A stretch of DNA of 64,000 nucleotides from Opitutales bacterium. GTDB taxonomy: Bacteria; Verrucomicrobiota; Verrucomicrobiia; Opitutales; JABSRG01. The notes under the pieces are model-generated. The model was not told the origin of the DNA. It worked only from the letters and a program-made list of their open reading frames with translations, and did not search any database. Shown here piece after piece: positions 60,199 through 64,000 of the stretch (position 1 is the first letter of the stretch; every line of letters starts with the position of its first letter). A program made the translations under genes and the position numbers. The stretch is taken from the NCBI GenBank assembly GCA_049599475.1, contig JBMYOQ010000011.1, positions 17,553 to 81,552 on the forward strand, written 5' to 3'.

Positions 60199-61629
60199 AT
60201 GAATATTCACCGCCCTACTTATTTGATCTCGTCCAAGTGGATTAGGTTTTGTGCAATTTTCGTCTGCTTTATGCAGGCTTTGATCTCATCTCAGCCGAAT
60301 ATCATCATAATTTTCAATGATGACCAAGGCTACCAGGATCTCGGCGTCTATGGATCTCCCGATATAAAGACACCTCGAGTCGATCAATTGGCGGCCGAGG
60401 GGATTCGCTTTACTGACTTTTATGTGGCCTCGCCCGTGTGTTCGGCATCTCGCGCAGCGCTGTTGACGGGAAAATATCCTTTGAGCGTCGGAGTACCCGG
60501 AGTCTTTTTCCCTAATCGAGGGGTTAAAGGCCTGAGCCCCGAGCACACTACGATTGCGGAAGTCTTGAAATCGGCGGGATACGCGACAAAGGCAGTGGGT
60601 AAGTGGCACTTAGGGGACGAGAAGCAGTTTCTCCCGACTAACCAGGGATTTGATAGCTACTATGGCATTCCTTACAGCAATGATATGTTCCCGGCCAAAA
60701 GTATGGAATATGCGGACGATTGCCTGTTTCTCGAAGGCTATTCCAAGGCTAAGTTGGATGAGTTGTTTGTCTCCGGGGATTTGAGAAAAGGTAGCCCTCG
60801 AGAAACAAAGGATAAAGTGCCCCTTATGCGAGATGAGCAGTGCATTGAATTTCCAGCAGACCAGCGTACGATTACGCAGCGCTTTGCGACCGAGGGTATG
60901 CGTTTTATTTCGGATAGTGTGGAGGCAGAAAAGCCGTTTTTCCTCTATCTGGCGAACTCGATGCCGCATACGCCCTTGTACGTCACTCCTGAGTTTGAGG
61001 GGAAAAGTGCCAGAGGTTTATACGGAGATGTGATCGAGGAAATCGATTACAATACGGGGCGGATTATCGATCATCTAGACTCCCTTGGTATCGCCGAAAA
61101 CACCATCGTCATATTTTCATCAGATAATGGTCCTTGGCTTATCAAGAAAGAGGATGGAGGATCGGCTTTGCCTTTATTTGAAGGTAAAATGACTCACTTC
61201 GAGGGCGGGCAGCGCGTTCCAGCTATTGTGCGTTGGCCGGCGAAGATTCCGGCGGGGATTGTCTCGTCTGAAATCGCGACAAGTATGGACCTGTTTCCAA
61301 CGCTGGCTGCTTTTGCGGGAGCTGAGATACCCGCAGGTCTGGATCTGCACGGGAAAGACATTGCGAACCTTTTGCTCAATGAGCCGGGAGCAAAAACCCC
61401 GCACGAATATTTCTATTATGGCACGCTTGCAGTCCGAAGTGGCGACTGGAAATACCACCAGAAGGAACTCTTCAAAGTAGCTTTAGATCGCAAAAAGACG
61501 AGTAAAGGTCCGACGCTTTACAACTTGAAGGACGATATCGGTGAGACAACAAATCTGATCGACCAATATCCCGAAATTGCTGCGCGACTTAAAGCTGCCT
61601 TGGCGAAGAGTCCGAATCGGAGGAAATAG
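60199..61629 (+). CDS. Cys-type sulfatase, secreted (C-x-A-x-R variant)
   Basis: It has IIIIFNDDQGYQD, the motif CSASRAALLTGK, and GKWHLGD. Confidence 0.9.
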   Translation: MNIHRPTYLISSKWIRFCAIFVCFMQALISSQPNIIIIFNDDQGYQDLGVYGSPDIKTPRVDQLAAEGIRFTDFYVASPVCSASRAALLTGKYPLSVGVPGVFFPNRGVKGLSPEHTTIAEVLKSAGYATKAVGKWHLGDEKQFLPTNQGFDSYYGIPYSNDMFPAKSMEYADDCLFLEGYSKAKLDELFVSGDLRKGSPRETKDKVPLMRDEQCIEFPADQRTITQRFATEGMRFISDSVEAEKPFFLYLANSMPHTPLYVTPEFEGKSARGLYGDVIEEIDYNTGRIIDHLDSLGIAENTIVIFSSDNGPWLIKKEDGGSALPLFEGKMTHFEGGQRVPAIVRWPAKIPAGIVSSEIATSMDLFPTLAAFAGAEIPAGLDLHGKDIANLLLNEPGAKTPHEYFYYGTLAVRSGDWKYHQKELFKVALDRKKTSKGPTLYNLKDDIGETTNLIDQYPEIAARLKAALAKSPNRRK

Positions 61630-61690
61630 CCGAGCGGACTCAAATTATTCCTTCGAATACTGGCCGCCCAGGGGAGAATGCTCCTAGATT

Positions 61691-63706
61691 CTAGGACGCG
61701 TTGGCTTGTTGTTTAGTGGCAACAGCCGTGTGTAAAAAGTCTTGCAGGATTTTGGGGTCCACGGGTTTGGGGATGAAGTGTCTGACACCCAGTTCTTGGA
61801 CCCGCTCGATTTCGCCCTGTAATACATTTGCAGATACAACGGAGATTGGTGTTTCGATGTGCTGAAAGCCTGCTTCACCCGCACGTATTTTCTTTATCGA
61901 TTCATAGCCGTCGAGGACTGGCATTTGCAAATCCATGAACACCGCATCGCAATCATTCTCAGAGAGGTGCTCAAGGGCGAGTTGTCCATTGAGGCACGAT
62001 TCGACCTGAAGCTTGTATGGTTTTAAGAATTGATCGAGTAGCTTAATATTCAGGCGATTGTCGTCTACAATCAGGACCTTGAGGCCGTGGACTTTTTCAA
62101 TCTGGAAGACATCTTCACTCTCTCCGAGAGATTCGTCTAGTGAAAGTTCCGCGGCTTCATAGGGAATGTGGAAAAAGCACTGGGTTCCTTGGCCCTTGAT
62201 ACTCTTGATTTCGAGGTCGCCGCCCATCACACGTGCGAGCTCTCGGGCAATTGTGAGCCCAAGGCCTGTGCCTGTATGACTGCGCGTGTCTGAATTGTCT
62301 TCTTGTGCGAAAGGTTGAAAGATTGTTTTAAGGGCCTCTTTATCGATTCCAATTCCTGAATCTGCTACAACAAATTGGATTGAGCCTCCGACGAGATCAC
62401 AAGAAATTGTAATTTCACCTTCATTACAGAATTTTACGGCATTTCTAGTCAGGTTGGACAACACCTGGTTGATCTTGAGTTTGTCTCCATTGATGCGACG
62501 CGGGAAAGCTTTGCCCAATTCTAATGAGAGCTTCACACCTTTGCTCTCTGCAGTGAGCCGTTGGACTTTGGTGATCTCAGTTAATAGATCGTCGAGACGG
62601 AATGGCTCTTTGTGCACGGCCATTTTCACGGACTCTATTTTCGAAAGATCGAGGACCTGGTTGATGAGGCTGAGAAGAGTGTCGCAACAACCTTCAATGG
62701 TTGTTACGAAATCGCGTTGTTCTCCATTGAGGTTCTGTTGGCTCAATAGTCGTGTAAATCCGATGATACCATTGAGCGGGGTGCGGATCTCATGGCTGAT
62801 GTTAGAGACAAAGGTACTCTTTGATTTATTAGCCTCTTCCGCTTCGATTTTAGCTTGCTCGAGGGCGCGCTGAGTCTCCTTTAATTCGGAAATATCGATA
62901 TGAGCAATAATGATTTCTTTGAACAGTTCCCGTTGCTTCGGAAACTTCATGAAGATCATTGTGGAAACGAGCTTCCCGTTGCTCAGGGCTGCTGGTGACT
63001 CCATGGCAAACGTCTCGTCGCCATTTGCGATAGCGACCATTTCGAGCCGAAAGGTTTCTAGAATTTGTTCGTGGAAAGTTTCACTGAGCTTTCCGAGCAT
63101 CTCTTCTTTGCTGGCGAATCCAATGGAGTCCAAGGTGGCTTGATTGACATCAAGTATTTTGACTTTTTGTAGGGCCCCTACAACGACATCTGGATTGTCT
63201 TTTAGATATTGATCCATGTCCTCGACACCTGACGCTTTTAGCTCATCGAGGAGATCTACTGCTTCCGAAAAGTCCTCGCGCCACAACGGCACCGGTGAAT
63301 TGTCGAAGGTCCATTTGACCTGTTCGCTATGCAGGTTCACCAGTTGCTCACGTTCAACTATCTTGGAGACGTCATGACCGTGAACCTGGTAAAAGAGCAG
63401 GCACCCTTTCATGTCGAAGAACGCAGTGAAGCTCCACTGTATAAAGGTGGAGCTATCTGCATCCTTTCCTATCTCTACCTGCGCCTCATACTTGCTGTGC
63501 TCTTTTGCATCCTGTTTTAGATACGCATCCAGTGCATCAGTGGTGCCTTGGTCGAGCCACTGCGAGTAGTGCTCATTTTCGATCGAAACAGGGTCGATCT
63601 TATAGAGGTCTGCACAGTTGATGTTTAGAAATTGCGTGAATCCTTCCGGGGATATTCTGAAAATCGGAATATCCAAAGTGTGAAGAATCTCTACCGCGTT
63701 ATCCAT
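61691..63706 (-). CDS. hybrid sensor histidine kinase / response regulator with N-terminal PAS-like domains
   Basis: The HisKA H-box is FVSNISHEIRTPLNGIIGF. The HATPase motifs are DSGIGI and GTGLGLTIAREL. The C-terminal receiver has KVLIVDDNRLN...VFMDLQMPVLDG. Confidence 0.9.
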   Translation of the reverse strand: MDNAVEILHTLDIPIFRISPEGFTQFLNINCADLYKIDPVSIENEHYSQWLDQGTTDALDAYLKQDAKEHSKYEAQVEIGKDADSSTFIQWSFTAFFDMKGCLLFYQVHGHDVSKIVEREQLVNLHSEQVKWTFDNSPVPLWREDFSEAVDLLDELKASGVEDMDQYLKDNPDVVVGALQKVKILDVNQATLDSIGFASKEEMLGKLSETFHEQILETFRLEMVAIANGDETFAMESPAALSNGKLVSTMIFMKFPKQRELFKEIIIAHIDISELKETQRALEQAKIEAEEANKSKSTFVSNISHEIRTPLNGIIGFTRLLSQQNLNGEQRDFVTTIEGCCDTLLSLINQVLDLSKIESVKMAVHKEPFRLDDLLTEITKVQRLTAESKGVKLSLELGKAFPRRINGDKLKINQVLSNLTRNAVKFCNEGEITISCDLVGGSIQFVVADSGIGIDKEALKTIFQPFAQEDNSDTRSHTGTGLGLTIARELARVMGGDLEIKSIKGQGTQCFFHIPYEAAELSLDESLGESEDVFQIEKVHGLKVLIVDDNRLNIKLLDQFLKPYKLQVESCLNGQLALEHLSENDCDAVFMDLQMPVLDGYESIKKIRAGEAGFQHIETPISVVSANVLQGEIERVQELGVRHFIPKPVDPKILQDFLHTAVATKQQANAS

Positions 63707-63716
63707 AGACCGTTCT

Positions 63717-64000
63717 TTAGCCGAAATCTTTCCGGGCTACATCGCAGGATGGCTCGGGTGGGCTTAGTTTCTCGTTTGATGTTTGACCAATCGCGGTCTT
63801 GATAAATTGCGAGTTGTCATAGCGCAGGCCTCCAAAGGTAGCGCCGATGATTAGGTAGTCACTGTTTGCGCCGACGCTGTAGAGCTGGTTGCCAATGCCG
63901 GTATTAACAGTATACCATGCCTCCTTGTAAGTGAGGTAGAGCGTGCCTGAATAGCCGCCGACCCAGTAATCACCCAAGCCAACCGATCCGTGCATGGTTA
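63717..64000 (-). CDS. 3' end of an unassigned ORF (N-terminus outside the window)
   Basis: The frame is open to the window edge and stops 10 nt upstream of the histidine kinase start. The sequence has a beta-strand-like alternating pattern (GYSGTLYLTYKEAWYTVNTGIGNQLYSVG). Confidence 0.35.
   Translation of the reverse strand, partial: TMHGSVGLGDYWVGGYSGTLYLTYKEAWYTVNTGIGNQLYSVGANSDYLIIGATFGGLRYDNSQFIKTAIGQTSNEKLSPPEPSCDVARKDFG

Overview
This 64 kb window looks like ordinary chromosomal sequence from a sulfatase-rich, moderately GC-rich bacterium. I tentatively place it in Verrucomicrobiota of the Opitutia/Puniceicoccales type. That placement rests only on five Cys-type sulfatases, a long three-domain IspG and A-rich, Shine-Dalgarno-poor start regions. 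All calls come from reading motifs in the supplied ORF translations and the DNA. No database search was run.

About 45 genes are supported, and most are housekeeping:
- Urea and central metabolism: urea carboxylase plus allophanate hydrolase, ispG, purM, murJ, pta, lipA, ilvB-leuA, hemL, nadE and acuI/yhdH.
- DNA repair and ribosome biogenesis: radC, photolyase and der.
- Transport and hydrolases: a tesA/ybbA/ybbP-like module and pepF.
- Regulation and other: ymdB, an Lrp-aminotransferase pair and a hybrid histidine kinase.

I saw no rRNA, tRNA, CRISPR array, transposase, integrase or prophage gene.

The less ordinary content is:
1. An orphan membrane-inserted KAP-family P-loop NTPase. It has an unassigned N-terminal module and a slippage-prone Ala/Thr tract.
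2. A TPR, Rossmann (SLOG-like) and class III nucleotide cyclase fusion with non-canonical substrate and catalytic positions. A canonical intrinsic terminator sits 6 nt upstream of its annotated ATG.
3. A very acidic 826-aa membrane protein. It carries peptide repeats that are conserved at the protein level but scrambled at synonymous sites.
4. A Val/Leu-rich mini-ORF and hairpins upstream of ilvB-leuA, which could be an attenuation leader.
5. A dispersed 27-nt intergenic motif whose internal hairpin is kept by compensatory substitutions.
6. A split pta whose two parts are in reversed order.

I cannot show that any of these is a new system. They are ranked leads, each with a test.
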